A stretch of 57,945 nucleotides of DNA from an uncultured virus (IMG/VR IMGVR_UViG_3300006128_000010) (Duplodnaviria > Heunggongvirae > Uroviricota > Caudoviricetes): IMG/VR virus record IMGVR_UViG_3300006128_000010; one strand, given 5' to 3'. Each line of letters opens with the position of its first letter. Within the stretch, counting starts at the first letter, position 1. Below the pieces are notes generated by a model. That model did not search any database, had not been told where the DNA came from, and saw only the letters and a list, made by a program, of their open reading frames with translations. Shown here one piece after another: positions 47,405 to 57,277 of this stretch. Made by a program: the position numbers and the translations under genes.

Positions 47405-48604
47405 TTACAGAAATTTCAAATGTGCAGTATTGATTGCAATACCTGCGAGGTAATCAGCTGCGTTACCTAAGCTGCTTGCTGTGTTGCTGAGTTCTAGATA
47501 ACCATATCTAGTCATAAAGCTAACAACTGGTTCGAAAGTATTTGGATCAATAATGACGCCTGAGCTTGTTAAAGGAACGTACGGGCAATAGTACGCAGCA
47601 GCGTCTATTTCACCTGGCCCCTTGTAACCAACAAGAACGTTAGTGTCATCAGCAGCATACTGGTCAACATAGACTCTCATGCTGTTGTTGAGTGTACCAA
47701 CGAATTTAGTGTTAGTTGGAGCTTCGAATGTACCTTCAGTTGTACGAGCAAATGCTGAAGTTGTTGCTGACTGGAGGATTGTAAGAGCAGTTGGACTTAC
47801 AACAACCCAGTTACCAGCACCACGACGTGTGCGAGCAGCAATCAAGTTTGCACCACGGTTGATTAGAACTGCTAGAGCAGCATGTTCGTCACCAACGTAA
47901 GTTGCAGTACCTGATACAGCACCTTGATCGTATGTTAATGTTGTTCCAGCTAGTGTACGTAGTGAAACAAGGATTTCCTGATCGATTTCAGCAGTGATTT
48001 CCTGTGCAAGAGCTGCCATGATTTCTGCTTCGATGTCGATTCCCTGCTGTGCCTGAGCATCCTGAGCAGCTTCAAAAGTCCAACGAGCGCTGAGCTTACG
48101 AGTCTTTGCTTCAACAGTTTCTTTCAAAACCTGGATGTTCAAACGCTTACCAGCTGTACCTTCTAGTACGCTTACTGGTGCAGCTTTTGGTGTGTTGCTA
48201 TCGCCGTTACCTGAATAGAAACGTGCAATCTCGAAAGGAGATAGTGCTTCTGTTCCTGCTGCGACGCCTGCTGGTGCACCAAAGGTGTCAGCATAACGAA
48301 CACGTAGAGTATGGATCTGGCCAACTGGGCCAGTCATTGGTTGAACGCCGATGATTTCGTTAGCAATAACAGTTGGCATAACGCGACGTATTACTGGAAG
48401 GATAACTTTGTTTAAAGTAGCAACGTTACCTGCGCTTGTTGAGCCAGCTGTTGCACTTTCAAAAAGTATACCACTCTTAGAAGAGAGGTCCTTCTTGGTG
48501 TTTTCTAGGACTACTTCCATAACCTTCTTGCGATTGCCTGTTAGACCTTCGCAGAGGGCTGTTTTGGTTGCTGCCCAATGTGTTTCAAAGAGGTTCTTAC
48601 TCAT
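47405..48604 (-). CDS. Major capsid protein (T4 gp23-like)
   Basis: IRRVMP..IA..IIGVQPMTGPVG, VEAKTRKLSARWTFEAAQD, YCPYVPL, FMTRYG. Confidence 0.97.
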   Translation of the reverse strand: MSKNLFETHWAATKTALCEGLTGNRKKVMEVVLENTKKDLSSKSGILFESATAGSTSAGNVATLNKVILPVIRRVMPTVIANEIIGVQPMTGPVGQIHTLRVRYADTFGAPAGVAAGTEALSPFEIARFYSGNGDSNTPKAAPVSVLEGTAGKRLNIQVLKETVEAKTRKLSARWTFEAAQDAQAQQGIDIEAEIMAALAQEITAEIDQEILVSLRTLAGTTLTYDQGAVSGTATYVGDEHAALAVLINRGANLIAARTRRGAGNWVVVSPTALTILQSATTSAFARTTEGTFEAPTNTKFVGTLNNSMRVYVDQYAADDTNVLVGYKGPGEIDAAAYYCPYVPLTSSGVIIDPNTFEPVVSFMTRYGYLELSNTASSLGNAADYLAGIAINTAHLKFL

Positions 48605-48622
48605 TTTAATATATTCTCCTAA

Positions 48623-49837
48623 TTAACTTCTTTTTAAACCAGCAAGATGTAAAATCTGGCCAATGTCTTCACCGGTTGAATTTTCCATCACTGCTTCAGA
48701 CAGTTTATTCATCCTGTCGCCCGTGACCGCCACGGATTTTGTTTGAGTAGTCTCAGAAAGGGCTACCTTTCCGGGAACACTCTGGTTGCTACCGTTCATC
48801 ACGGCTGGAAGGTAACGATTAAAGGCTTCCTTAAGACTTGCAGTCTTAATGTCTTTAAGCATTTCTCCCATTACTGCCTTTTTCTCACGGTTAAGAGGAG
48901 AAAGTAACTCGTTGAGTGTTTCTAATCTCACCGCACGATCGCTGGCCATGCGAGCTTTAGCTTCTACACTTTCCATTAGTTTTTGTTGCTTCTGGGCTAG
49001 TGAGATGCTTTCAGCTATCTTCTTTTTGCTCTCGTCTAACTGTGCTTTAAGAGCTTTAACTTCGCTTCCTTCTGAAAGGTAGCTAGCCATGTACTCTGCT
49101 GCAACAGCTTCAAAAATACGACGACCAAAGTTATTCTCACGAGCAACTTTAATATCGTCTCTCCATTGTACCATTTCGTTCTTGATTACTTCATTCAGTG
49201 TTTTATCAACAACTGATGTAGCCTTCTTTAAGAAATTAGCACGAGTTTCTGTGATTTGCTTCTTGCCTTCAGCAGCGAGCTTAGCTCTCTGCTCTACAAG
49301 TGCCTTCTTGTCAATTTGGAATTCAGTGATTTCTTCGGAAAGATTTTTAAGCACAAAACCCTCTAGCTTCTCTATACGATCTGCTACAGCTTTTCTTGCA
49401 CTTTCCTTGATAGTCTTTACTTCCTTGGCCATTTGCTTACGTTGACTTTCAAGCTGCTTTCTATCAGCATGAAACTCTGCAATCTCTTCTTTTAACTGCT
49501 TTGCTAAGAAAGCATTTAAAAGTTTAGAATGCTCAGCAAGCTTTGCACCGTAAACTTTTTTAGCTTCTAGTGTTGCTTTGCTTAACTTAGCTTTTTGTGA
49601 GATTACTGCCTTACGGTCTTCTGCAAACTCATTTAATTCAGCTTTGATTGCATCTGTAAGCATATTGTCCATTGCTTCAACAAGAGTAGACTTGTCATTG
49701 GCGTAACGAGCAGCATAATCCTCGTTGAGTTTTTGCTCAACGGCTTTTATCTTGCTGTCAAAGGCCTCTTGTAATGCAGTTTTAACGTCTTCACCCAAAA
49801 CTTCATTTTCAAGAAGATCTTTTAGTTCCTTTTCCAT
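48623..49837 (-). CDS. Prohead core scaffold protein (gp22-like)
   Basis: Coiled-coil, Glu/Lys-rich, FGRRIFEA; located between the protease and capsid genes. Confidence 0.85.
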   Translation of the reverse strand: MEKELKDLLENEVLGEDVKTALQEAFDSKIKAVEQKLNEDYAARYANDKSTLVEAMDNMLTDAIKAELNEFAEDRKAVISQKAKLSKATLEAKKVYGAKLAEHSKLLNAFLAKQLKEEIAEFHADRKQLESQRKQMAKEVKTIKESARKAVADRIEKLEGFVLKNLSEEITEFQIDKKALVEQRAKLAAEGKKQITETRANFLKKATSVVDKTLNEVIKNEMVQWRDDIKVARENNFGRRIFEAVAAEYMASYLSEGSEVKALKAQLDESKKKIAESISLAQKQQKLMESVEAKARMASDRAVRLETLNELLSPLNREKKAVMGEMLKDIKTASLKEAFNRYLPAVMNGSNQSVPGKVALSETTQTKSVAVTGDRMNKLSEAVMENSTGEDIGQILHLAGLKRS

Positions 49838-49853
49838 CAGACATTACTCCTTG

Positions 49854-50492
49854 TTATATCTTCAACTCATCAACCCAACCTAACAGAATCTTTTTTAAAT
49901 GTTTCTGCGCCTTCGGGTCAAACTTTACACTTTCTGCAAGGTCATACACAGTATTACCGTATCTACGATGCATTAATGCTTCGTACATTGGTACTGGGTA
50001 TGCATTAGGCGCACTGGGTTTAGCAACAATGTCAACAGTTAACATTTCAAAATCTGAAACTTCGCCACTGTCATCAACGTTGCCAGAACCGCGGGAACTA
50101 ACACCTAACTTAACCCCACATTCTAGTAGTGTCTTTACTATGTTGCCACAAGGTGTAGGAAGAATTTGGAGCTTTCCGTAACCGTTACCTCCATCCATCC
50201 ACATTTCAGTGATCTTGTGACTAACTCGATCCAGGTGTATTTGTAGTTCTTGCGGGTGATCACACTCGCCCAATACTCCTGCATCCTTCTTAATGGCATC
50301 ATTGATACTATCAACTGCCTTTCTGATTTCGCTAACTGGATATACGCGACCATTGTGATTACGTATACCACCCTGAACGAAAATACCCTTCATGAATACT
50401 TTCTTCTCAGCACCACTGTCATCACTTTCAGTGATAACTTCAGCGTGTGATGTATCATAATCTAAATGTTCAACCAGTAAACTATTCTTCAT
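49854..50492 (-). CDS. Prohead protease (gp21-like)
   Basis: GIFVQG..RNHNGRVYP, LGECDHP, RVSH, LGVSSRGSG, VDIVAKPSAP.A. AATAAATA box at 50530-50523. Confidence 0.95.
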   Translation of the reverse strand: MKNSLLVEHLDYDTSHAEVITESDDSGAEKKVFMKGIFVQGGIRNHNGRVYPVSEIRKAVDSINDAIKKDAGVLGECDHPQELQIHLDRVSHKITEMWMDGGNGYGKLQILPTPCGNIVKTLLECGVKLGVSSRGSGNVDDSGEVSDFEMLTVDIVAKPSAPNAYPVPMYEALMHRRYGNTVYDLAESVKFDPKAQKHLKKILLGWVDELKI

Positions 50493-50572
50493 TTGGTACC
50501 TTATTATCTAAGTGCCTATAGATATTTATTGAAATTTAATAACTTATAGCTAAAATAACAGTTTTTTGACAG

Positions 50573-50608
50573 AAAATGAGTCGTAATCTGTAAATTGCGA
50601 CTCATTTT
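50573..50608. terminator. Terminator-like hairpin after the acidic core gene
   Basis: AAAATGAGTCG(T)AAT/ATT(G)CGACTCATTTT inverted repeat. Confidence 0.7.
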
Positions 50609-50631
50609 TGTTTATATAGTATGTGTTATTT

Positions 50632-51633
50632 TTACTTACGTGGGCTTGTTGTAAGTGGGCTTTTCTTGCCTGTTTCGCCAAAGCCGTCACCCTTTTTATT
50701 TAAAAGAGCTGAACTGTCGCCTTCTTTGCTAACTGACTTTGTTTCATCAGTTGACTTCTTGCGACGGTTGTCTTCTTTCATGCCTTTTAGTGTAGCAGCA
50801 CTCGGAGCAGTTTCGCGTTCGAATCCACTTTTAGTAGCACCTTCACCAGTTTTAACTGGCTTTGCACCAAACATTGCTTCTGGTGCTTTAGCGATTGGAC
50901 TCTTGGTGTTAGCTTCTACTTTTGAAAACTTACCAGCACCTACTTCACCGTCCATATCTGCAACAGGAGCTTTATCTAATGTCATGCTTTCGTCAAGATC
51001 GTCGAACTCTGCTAACCAGCTTTCGTCCATTTCTTCTTCTTCGCCTTCTTCATCAGCTTCTTCGTCACTTGCTTCTTCGTCACTTGCTTCTTCTTCACCA
51101 GCTTCTTCACCAGCTTCAAAGTCTTCTGTGCCTTCTTCGTCTGATGCGTCTTCACCAGCTTCTAGCTTTTCAAACTCTGCTTTTAACTGTGCAAGTGCAT
51201 CTTCCAAGTCGCCCATTGAATCTTCAACAGCGTCGATATCAACTTCGCCAGCATCAACATGATCTTCATCGCCCATGTCCATCATGTCGTCATCTGCGCC
51301 CATGTCGTCCATGTCCATCATGTCGTCATCTGCACCCATATCTGGCATATCAATGTCCATATCGTCGTCGCCTTCTGCCATTGTTTCTTCAGATTCGATT
51401 TCTTGGCTGAGTTCGTCGAGGTGATCATCGTGGTTCATAACGTCGTGTTTAAACTCGTCGCCTTCGTCCCCGCATCCATCCTCTAGTTCCATTTCTTCTT
51501 CATCCATGTTTATGAGGTCTTCATGGATTGCACGTGCCTTTTCAATAAACACTTGATGTAATAGTTCTTTGGCTTTGTCTTCTTGATTGTTAATCAAGTA
51601 TTCTAAAACTTTTTCAAGCTTTTTACTACTCAT
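50632..51633 (-). CDS. Highly acidic prohead core/scaffold protein
   Basis: Asp/Glu-rich, KAKELLHQVFIEKARAIHE; in the head cluster. ATG 51633 follows GGAG. Confidence 0.8.
   Translation of the reverse strand: MSSKKLEKVLEYLINNQEDKAKELLHQVFIEKARAIHEDLINMDEEEMELEDGCGDEGDEFKHDVMNHDDHLDELSQEIESEETMAEGDDDMDIDMPDMGADDDMMDMDDMGADDDMMDMGDEDHVDAGEVDIDAVEDSMGDLEDALAQLKAEFEKLEAGEDASDEEGTEDFEAGEEAGEEEASDEEASDEEADEEGEEEEMDESWLAEFDDLDESMTLDKAPVADMDGEVGAGKFSKVEANTKSPIAKAPEAMFGAKPVKTGEGATKSGFERETAPSAATLKGMKEDNRRKKSTDETKSVSKEGDSSALLNKKGDGFGETGKKSPLTTSPRK
51056..51117. repeat. 15/12-bp coding tandem repeats (EEASD, EAG)
   Basis: GCTTCTTCGTCACTT x2 followed by GCTTCTTC(TTC)ACCA units. Confidence 0.8.
51273..51339. 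repeat. 36-bp-period coding duplication (DMGADDDMMDM)
   Basis: Two 31-nt copies with one mismatch. Confidence 0.85.
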
Positions 51634-51754
51634 AATGGGTCTCCTTGTTGTTAAGATGTTAAACAGACTCGACACTATTTAATAAACTTTTGATTTTTTA
51701 TAACAAAATAACCAAAAAAATGTCTTTTTTGTCTTATTTCTGTTAAATTACTCT

Positions 51755-54700
51755 TCAGTTACTGCTATTACTTGTGGTACTATAGTTATTACCTTGCGGT
51801 TGTAATGGCTGATTTGACACCGAATTTTGGTTATTTTCGACATATGTACTACCCGATGCCGTAATATTACTGTCCGGAATACCACTTTGATTATTGTTAA
51901 AAGTTATACCAGCTGTATATGTAGAGGAAGGTTGCCCACTAACAAGATTAATATTAAGTCTATCTAGAATTGAAGAAGGACTAGGAAATGGTGCTGATGC
52001 TGTAGTATCACAAGTGTTAGGTACAAAGAATCCGGCTAATGGTGATATAAAAAGATATCCTGTTTCGTTTTCACCAAAAGGTTTACTAACAACTGATGAT
52101 GCAACTGTTGTATTACTTACGATTTCAACTGTAGATCCAATTGTTGCTTGAGCTTGAACCATTTCAGAACCATCATTATACACTTGTGATCTAAGAGTAT
52201 CTAACCTATCTAACTGAATATTGCTTAGTGTTCCTTGGAATAAACTTCCAATTGAAATTTTAAACTCTGTGTGATCTTCAATATCAAGTGCTGATTTTAA
52301 ATAAGCTGTATTAACATACAGATTTCCATATTTCTGACTTGCATCCGAATTAGCATTTGGGCCATATATAGCTGCATCCATATAATCAAAAGAATTCTGA
52401 GCTGTTGCACAATCAAAACCATTTTTACCACTAAAATCAACTAGTTGACTAGCACTAGCACCAGTTCTATTGACAATTACTTGTGCTATACCTGCTTGAT
52501 CATATGTATTATCAGAAGTTAATACTCCAACTAATGCACAAGCACCAGCGTCCGCCAAACTCATTGACACAGTTCCAATTGATCCGTGTGTAGTAGACGA
52601 TCCAACAACTGCAATATTACTACCCAAACCAGGTATAGTTAATACATCATATTCTGGAAAATATCCACCTTGTAGATCTGTAAAGTTACTATCACCTATT
52701 TTATAACCATTTATTGATGCTGTAGTAACTATAACATTAGTATTACCTGTTGAAATAGGCTGTCCAGATGAAATTATATCAATATCGTTTTCTATTCTAT
52801 ACTGTATTTCCTGTTTAGCCACTTGCATTACATTTGCAAATAGAGAAAACAATTGATCTCTAGTATATGATCCCAAATCACTTGTACTTGTTGTAAAAAA
52901 CCCAGCATTATGCAATGTTGTGCTTACAATATCTGTTGGATTACTTTTAGCAATAGCTATCCATGCTGCTGCAGAACCAAAATAATAACAACCAAATAAG
53001 TTATTGTCAACAGCCGGTATACCAGCTATAAGCAACTGATGGGCAAAATTATTAATAATACTAGACATCAATTGATCTTGTAGCAACGGACTAAATGCAA
53101 TATTATTAGGTATATTAAGGCTTTTAACTTGTTGTCTAAGTAATGATATTGTTATCATATACTTACCGGCTGCTGCCGGTAAGTTCTGTTCTGCACGTTT
53201 ATGCAAATTATCAATCATGTCTTGAACAGCTAAACTGGATAAATTATTCCATACATCGTAAGTACTAAACATAATACCATTAGTATCACCTAATCCCATT
53301 ATTAAGGCTACTGCATCAAAAAATGTATTATCAGTAAATGTTGTATTAACAAACGGTGTGACTGCTGATGTGTTCAATGATGTACTATTATTAGTAGTAA
53401 TATTTTTAAATCCTCCTGCTAATGATTTAGGAAGAGGTCCTCCCATTAATGCCGGAGTTGCTACTGTTGTTACACTCGGTGTTATAGGAGTACTTTGAAG
53501 TCCTAATATCACCGCCGGACCGGTTCCAAGTGTACCAGTTGTTAATGGTATTTCATCAGATTTTACTGCTGCACTTATATACTTTATGTAATACTTTAAA
53601 GGAACTCCGGCAACCATTGATAAATTAGAAGAGGCTGCTATTAAATTAGGTGTGATGGTAACTGTTCCAGTTGTAGTATCTACTACCGTATTTCCATTAC
53701 ACGGGGCCCATCCATTTGGTATAAAACCTGCTGAAGGAAACATAACGATAGCATTAAAAGGAGACTGATCATAGTATCCGCCATTTGTAACTCTACCTTT
53801 TTCATCAACGTTGACAAGGTTATAAACTCCGGCAGTAACCCCGCTTGTTACTAAATTAGATTCAATTACAACATTACTACTACCATCAAATCTCACATTA
53901 CCGTAAACATCGCCATCAATATAAATGGTTCTAGGATTAGTTAAAACCAGTGCATTTGATGCTGTACCAATTAAATTACCTAAAACTGCATTTGTTGCAA
54001 GATTGTTACACACTACAATATTTGCCCCAAAATTTGCATTTTGATCTCTAGCTACAACAGTATTACTAATGGCATTTACATTTATATTTGCACCGTCGTA
54101 CGGAGTGTATCCTAATGCTGCAACAATATCACTTTGAGAAATATTATTACCTGCTAAAATCCTACCACCGTTACTAACTAAAACTTTAGTCCAAGTACCT
54201 GCAACAGTTATGTTACTGGTAAATCCAGCTGCATTTGTAACGTATACATTACTATCTGTTATAGTAACATTTACATCGCTACTACCATCAAATTTATAAT
54301 GTCCGTATACAGATCCGTTAATAAAAATTGTACGAGATTGTGATAATATATTTGCAGCAGTGCTAGTTCCATTAAATTGATAATTAATTAAACCACTCGG
54401 ATCACTAGAAACATTTACACCGGGACTTATACCGTTTGGAAATCTAGTTGCAAATGCATATGATGTGTCATTATATATAATATTATCCGGACAATCACTT
54501 CTAGCTATGCTATCAGCACTAACAGCTACAATTATCTGATATTGACTAACAACTATGGTTATATTTGTATTATTAGGGCCAACAGGTGTAGTAGTTATAC
54601 CACTAGATCCGTCAAATCCAGTTGATATTTCTACCCACTTACTACCGTCATATACTTTTAAATTATTGTTTATAGAATCAAACCACACTTGACCTTGTAA

Positions 54701-54886
54701 AGGATTTGGCGGTGATGTTGTATTAGCAAAATGCTGTAATAATTTTACAAAATTCTGATCGATGCTTAGTCCAAAATTAACTGAGTTACGTCCTGGTAAT
54801 ATGAGACTAGTACTTGTAGTATCCTGTGTGCTATCAGGAATACTTACTAAAGGCGAACTATCGCTTTTTGTAATATTATAAACCAT
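51755..54886 (-). CDS. Multidomain baseplate/tail fibre protein
   Basis: N-terminal LPGRNSVNFG..QNFVKLLQHFAN..PPNPLQGQVWFD; two RTI.I.G.V.G...FDGS repeats; collar motif IPNGWAPCNG..TPNL. Confidence 0.8.
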   Translation of the reverse strand: MVYNITKSDSSPLVSIPDSTQDTTSTSLILPGRNSVNFGLSIDQNFVKLLQHFANTTSPPNPLQGQVWFDSINNNLKVYDGSKWVEISTGFDGSSGITTTPVGPNNTNITIVVSQYQIIVAVSADSIARSDCPDNIIYNDTSYAFATRFPNGISPGVNVSSDPSGLINYQFNGTSTAANILSQSRTIFINGSVYGHYKFDGSSDVNVTITDSNVYVTNAAGFTSNITVAGTWTKVLVSNGGRILAGNNISQSDIVAALGYTPYDGANINVNAISNTVVARDQNANFGANIVVCNNLATNAVLGNLIGTASNALVLTNPRTIYIDGDVYGNVRFDGSSNVVIESNLVTSGVTAGVYNLVNVDEKGRVTNGGYYDQSPFNAIVMFPSAGFIPNGWAPCNGNTVVDTTTGTVTITPNLIAASSNLSMVAGVPLKYYIKYISAAVKSDEIPLTTGTLGTGPAVILGLQSTPITPSVTTVATPALMGGPLPKSLAGGFKNITTNNSTSLNTSAVTPFVNTTFTDNTFFDAVALIMGLGDTNGIMFSTYDVWNNLSSLAVQDMIDNLHKRAEQNLPAAAGKYMITISLLRQQVKSLNIPNNIAFSPLLQDQLMSSIINNFAHQLLIAGIPAVDNNLFGCYYFGSAAAWIAIAKSNPTDIVSTTLHNAGFFTTSTSDLGSYTRDQLFSLFANVMQVAKQEIQYRIENDIDIISSGQPISTGNTNVIVTTASINGYKIGDSNFTDLQGGYFPEYDVLTIPGLGSNIAVVGSSTTHGSIGTVSMSLADAGACALVGVLTSDNTYDQAGIAQVIVNRTGASASQLVDFSGKNGFDCATAQNSFDYMDAAIYGPNANSDASQKYGNLYVNTAYLKSALDIEDHTEFKISIGSLFQGTLSNIQLDRLDTLRSQVYNDGSEMVQAQATIGSTVEIVSNTTVASSVVSKPFGENETGYLFISPLAGFFVPNTCDTTASAPFPSPSSILDRLNINLVSGQPSSTYTAGITFNNNQSGIPDSNITASGSTYVENNQNSVSNQPLQPQGNNYSTTSNSSN

Positions 54887-54894
54887 TCAAATCC

Positions 54895-55119
54895 TCACAT
54901 TCCCAATCCGCTAGCTGCTTCTTCTTCTGGTGTACCGTATATTATTTCAAGTGTATCCATACGCATTAAGCGTTCTAAATCTTCTGCTGAACGCATTTTT
55001 TTTAACTTATTCAAATGTTTCAGTGTAAATTTAGGTTTACGAGTGCTGGTAACCGTTTGCTGTTCTTGTTTATCAGCAGCTATATCAGCATATTTGCCAT
55101 CAAATTCATCAGCTCTCAT
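54895..55119 (-). CDS. Small basic head-cluster protein (gp67/68 position)
   Basis: MRADEF...TRKPKFTLKHLNKLKKMR. GAGG SD and TATAAATA at 55154-55147. Confidence 0.7.
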   Translation of the reverse strand: MRADEFDGKYADIAADKQEQQTVTSTRKPKFTLKHLNKLKKMRSAEDLERLMRMDTLEIIYGTPEEEAASGLGM

Positions 55120-55160
55120 TAATTATTCCTCGTAGTCTACACACCATATTTATAATTGTA

Positions 55161-56933
55161 TTATACTGCTGGTAATGTTGGTGATTCTGCTCCCCCAGCT
55201 TCGTTACCAGCAGGCGTAGTAGATCCAGTTTCTGGTCCTTCTGTTTCTGGCGGTATTTCTTCTTCTCCGCCTAATCCTTCTAAATCTTCAGTAGGAGGTC
55301 GAATACCAACACCACCTAATCCAATTTGGTTTTCTTCTGCTGGACTTTGTCCAATTTTGTCTTTTACTTTCTTGGCGTTTTCTTCCTTCCAAAGTTTTTC
55401 GTTTTCTAGTACTTCTTCTTCTGTCCATCCTAGATACCGCTGTAGAGCATAACGCTTGCTAACATATTTGGCTGCTTCTGTGCTCATTAAATTACTAAAC
55501 ACACCAATTTGTTCAGTATCAATTTGTATCTGACGATACTGACTAAAGCTCTGAGGTGGATGAAACTGTAATTCAAATTGATTACTTGAAATTTCAATAC
55601 CTCTCTGTTTTAAAAACATCTTAAACTCATGGTCAAGTGTTGTAATCATGAGATTCTGCAATCTCTGACAATACTTGCTAAATCGATACTCTTGAATCAT
55701 AGCAGTACCAACCTTACCATCGTTATAAGTTGCTGTACCATCATCTGCACCAGTTGGTAGATAGCTGCTAGGAACACCCAGTCCTCTAACCATTTTGTTA
55801 TTAAAGTACTTTAAGTCATCAATCTGTCCAAGATTTTCACCGCCTTGAAGTGTATCAATTCTTGTACCTTTGCCTTCACTGTTTGTAGCCAAGAAAAAGT
55901 CTTCATTAATACTAATGGGATTGTAACTAGCATCAATAACGCTTTGTCCGCCGCCTGTTCTATTTGGGATACGACGTTGATAAATTTCATTCTTAATACG
56001 TTCAACATACTGCATAGCACGAGGACCTTGTAAACTTCCCACATCAATATAGAAAATACGACGTTCTGGTGCACGTACAATACGATAGATAATAATAGCA
56101 TCTTCAAGCAAGTCTTTCTGCTTGTATACTTTATATACAGCTTCTAATATGCTGGTACCAAATGGCCATTGATTATCTAATCCTTCACTTAGGCTTAGAT
56201 GTAATACATGGCTAGCATCAATTGCAACACTGTTTTCTGGGTTATTAAAACGACTACCTCTTGAACCCGGTGTACTCGATTGTCCGTAATTTACAGTACC
56301 AGCACCTGCTGCTGGATTACTACTGCGCGGATAACCGCCCGGAAAGCTATACTGATCATGTACTAATAGATTAGTACCTACTAGAGTTTGTAAATTTAAA
56401 TCAAGATCTCTAACAACATACTGTTCGATACTTTTACCCTTGCTCTCATTAACAATGATCTTTTCAACTTTAGTAGGATCTACCCAAATCAACTTAAAAG
56501 TTTCAGGGTCACGAATGAAAACCTGGTCGCCATACTTAATGGTATTACGGAACATTCTCCACAAGCGTTGTTGCCATTTATTGAGGCTACACCATTGTTG
56601 TAGAGAGTCAGTTAGTAGTCTAACTTCAGTTTCAGAAAGATTTTCGCCTTTATATTCTATCTTAAAAGGTTCATCTTCGTTTTCCCAAGTTTGGGTGCTA
56701 AAATCTGCAATAGTATCTAATGCTTTAGATATTTCACTATCGAGATCCATTTGCTCGTATTGAACATAACGTTCAATGCGATTAGGTGCACCACTATAAA
56801 CCTCTGGCAAATAGCTACTAAACTTTGCTGCACTTCCGCCAGATGCACCACCTTCGCTATTTTGCTGTTGCAATCGTTGATTTAGCCTTGCCTGTGTAGG
56901 CACGGCACTAAAATACTTTTTCCAAGAGGCCAT
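55161..56933 (-). CDS. Portal protein (T4 gp20-like)
   Basis: LLEDAIIIYRIVRAPERRIFYIDVG, EDFF, GTRIDTLQGGENLGQIDDLKYF, LGVPSS. Start set at ATG 56933 (MASWKKYF). Confidence 0.96.
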   Translation of the reverse strand: MASWKKYFSAVPTQARLNQRLQQQNSEGGASGGSAAKFSSYLPEVYSGAPNRIERYVQYEQMDLDSEISKALDTIADFSTQTWENEDEPFKIEYKGENLSETEVRLLTDSLQQWCSLNKWQQRLWRMFRNTIKYGDQVFIRDPETFKLIWVDPTKVEKIIVNESKGKSIEQYVVRDLDLNLQTLVGTNLLVHDQYSFPGGYPRSSNPAAGAGTVNYGQSSTPGSRGSRFNNPENSVAIDASHVLHLSLSEGLDNQWPFGTSILEAVYKVYKQKDLLEDAIIIYRIVRAPERRIFYIDVGSLQGPRAMQYVERIKNEIYQRRIPNRTGGGQSVIDASYNPISINEDFFLATNSEGKGTRIDTLQGGENLGQIDDLKYFNNKMVRGLGVPSSYLPTGADDGTATYNDGKVGTAMIQEYRFSKYCQRLQNLMITTLDHEFKMFLKQRGIEISSNQFELQFHPPQSFSQYRQIQIDTEQIGVFSNLMSTEAAKYVSKRYALQRYLGWTEEEVLENEKLWKEENAKKVKDKIGQSPAEENQIGLGGVGIRPPTEDLEGLGGEEEIPPETEGPETGSTTPAGNEAGGAESPTLPAV

Positions 56934-56958
56934 AGGATACCTTATTTGATACGTATGA

Positions 56959-56966
56959 TATTTATA
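56959..56966 (-). promoter_or_regulatory. T4-type late promoter TATAAATA
   Basis: Exact consensus upstream of the portal gene. Confidence 0.75.
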
Positions 56967-57097
56967 GTCTATACAAAACCCCAAAATCAATTAAATTGAT
57001 ATTTGAATGTAAACACTTGAATATTTAATGTAAACAAGCTTTAAATTTATATCATCATAGTTGACATTGCCTATTTTCTATGCTACTTTAAAATATT

Positions 57098-57202
57098 ATG
57101 AAAAAAAATCTAGATGCTATTATTCCAGGGCTTATATTAATAGTTATTCCTATATATTTGATTTATTTGATAATAAAAAAGTTATTGTTTACATCTAAAT
57201 AA
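57098..57202 (+). CDS. Small single-pass membrane protein, 34 aa (not in ORF track)
   Basis: MKKNLDAIIPGLILIVIPIYLIYLIIKKLLFTSK. Promoter TTGACA(57061)-N17-TACTTT ends 8 nt upstream. Confidence 0.6.
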   Translation: MKKNLDAIIPGLILIVIPIYLIYLIIKKLLFTSK

Positions 57203-57277
57203 GTTCAAAAATCTAAATTTTGGTTGACAGTTGCTAGTTAGATGCTATTATAAAACTATAACTAGTGGAGCATACAC

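Noticed and set aside
45677..48604. Group I intron or intein associated with the endonucleases
   Set aside because: The MCP, sheath, gp13 and portal reading frames are uninterrupted, and the endonucleases lie outside them.
51056..51339. Short direct repeats as a possible CRISPR array
   Set aside because: Periods are multiples of three, the repeats lie within a CDS, and there are no unique spacers or cas genes.
50621..51486. Long plus-strand ORFs (213, 162 and 75 aa) opposite the acidic core gene
   Set aside because: Antisense shadows of a low-complexity Asp/Glu coding strand, with no SD or recognisable motif.
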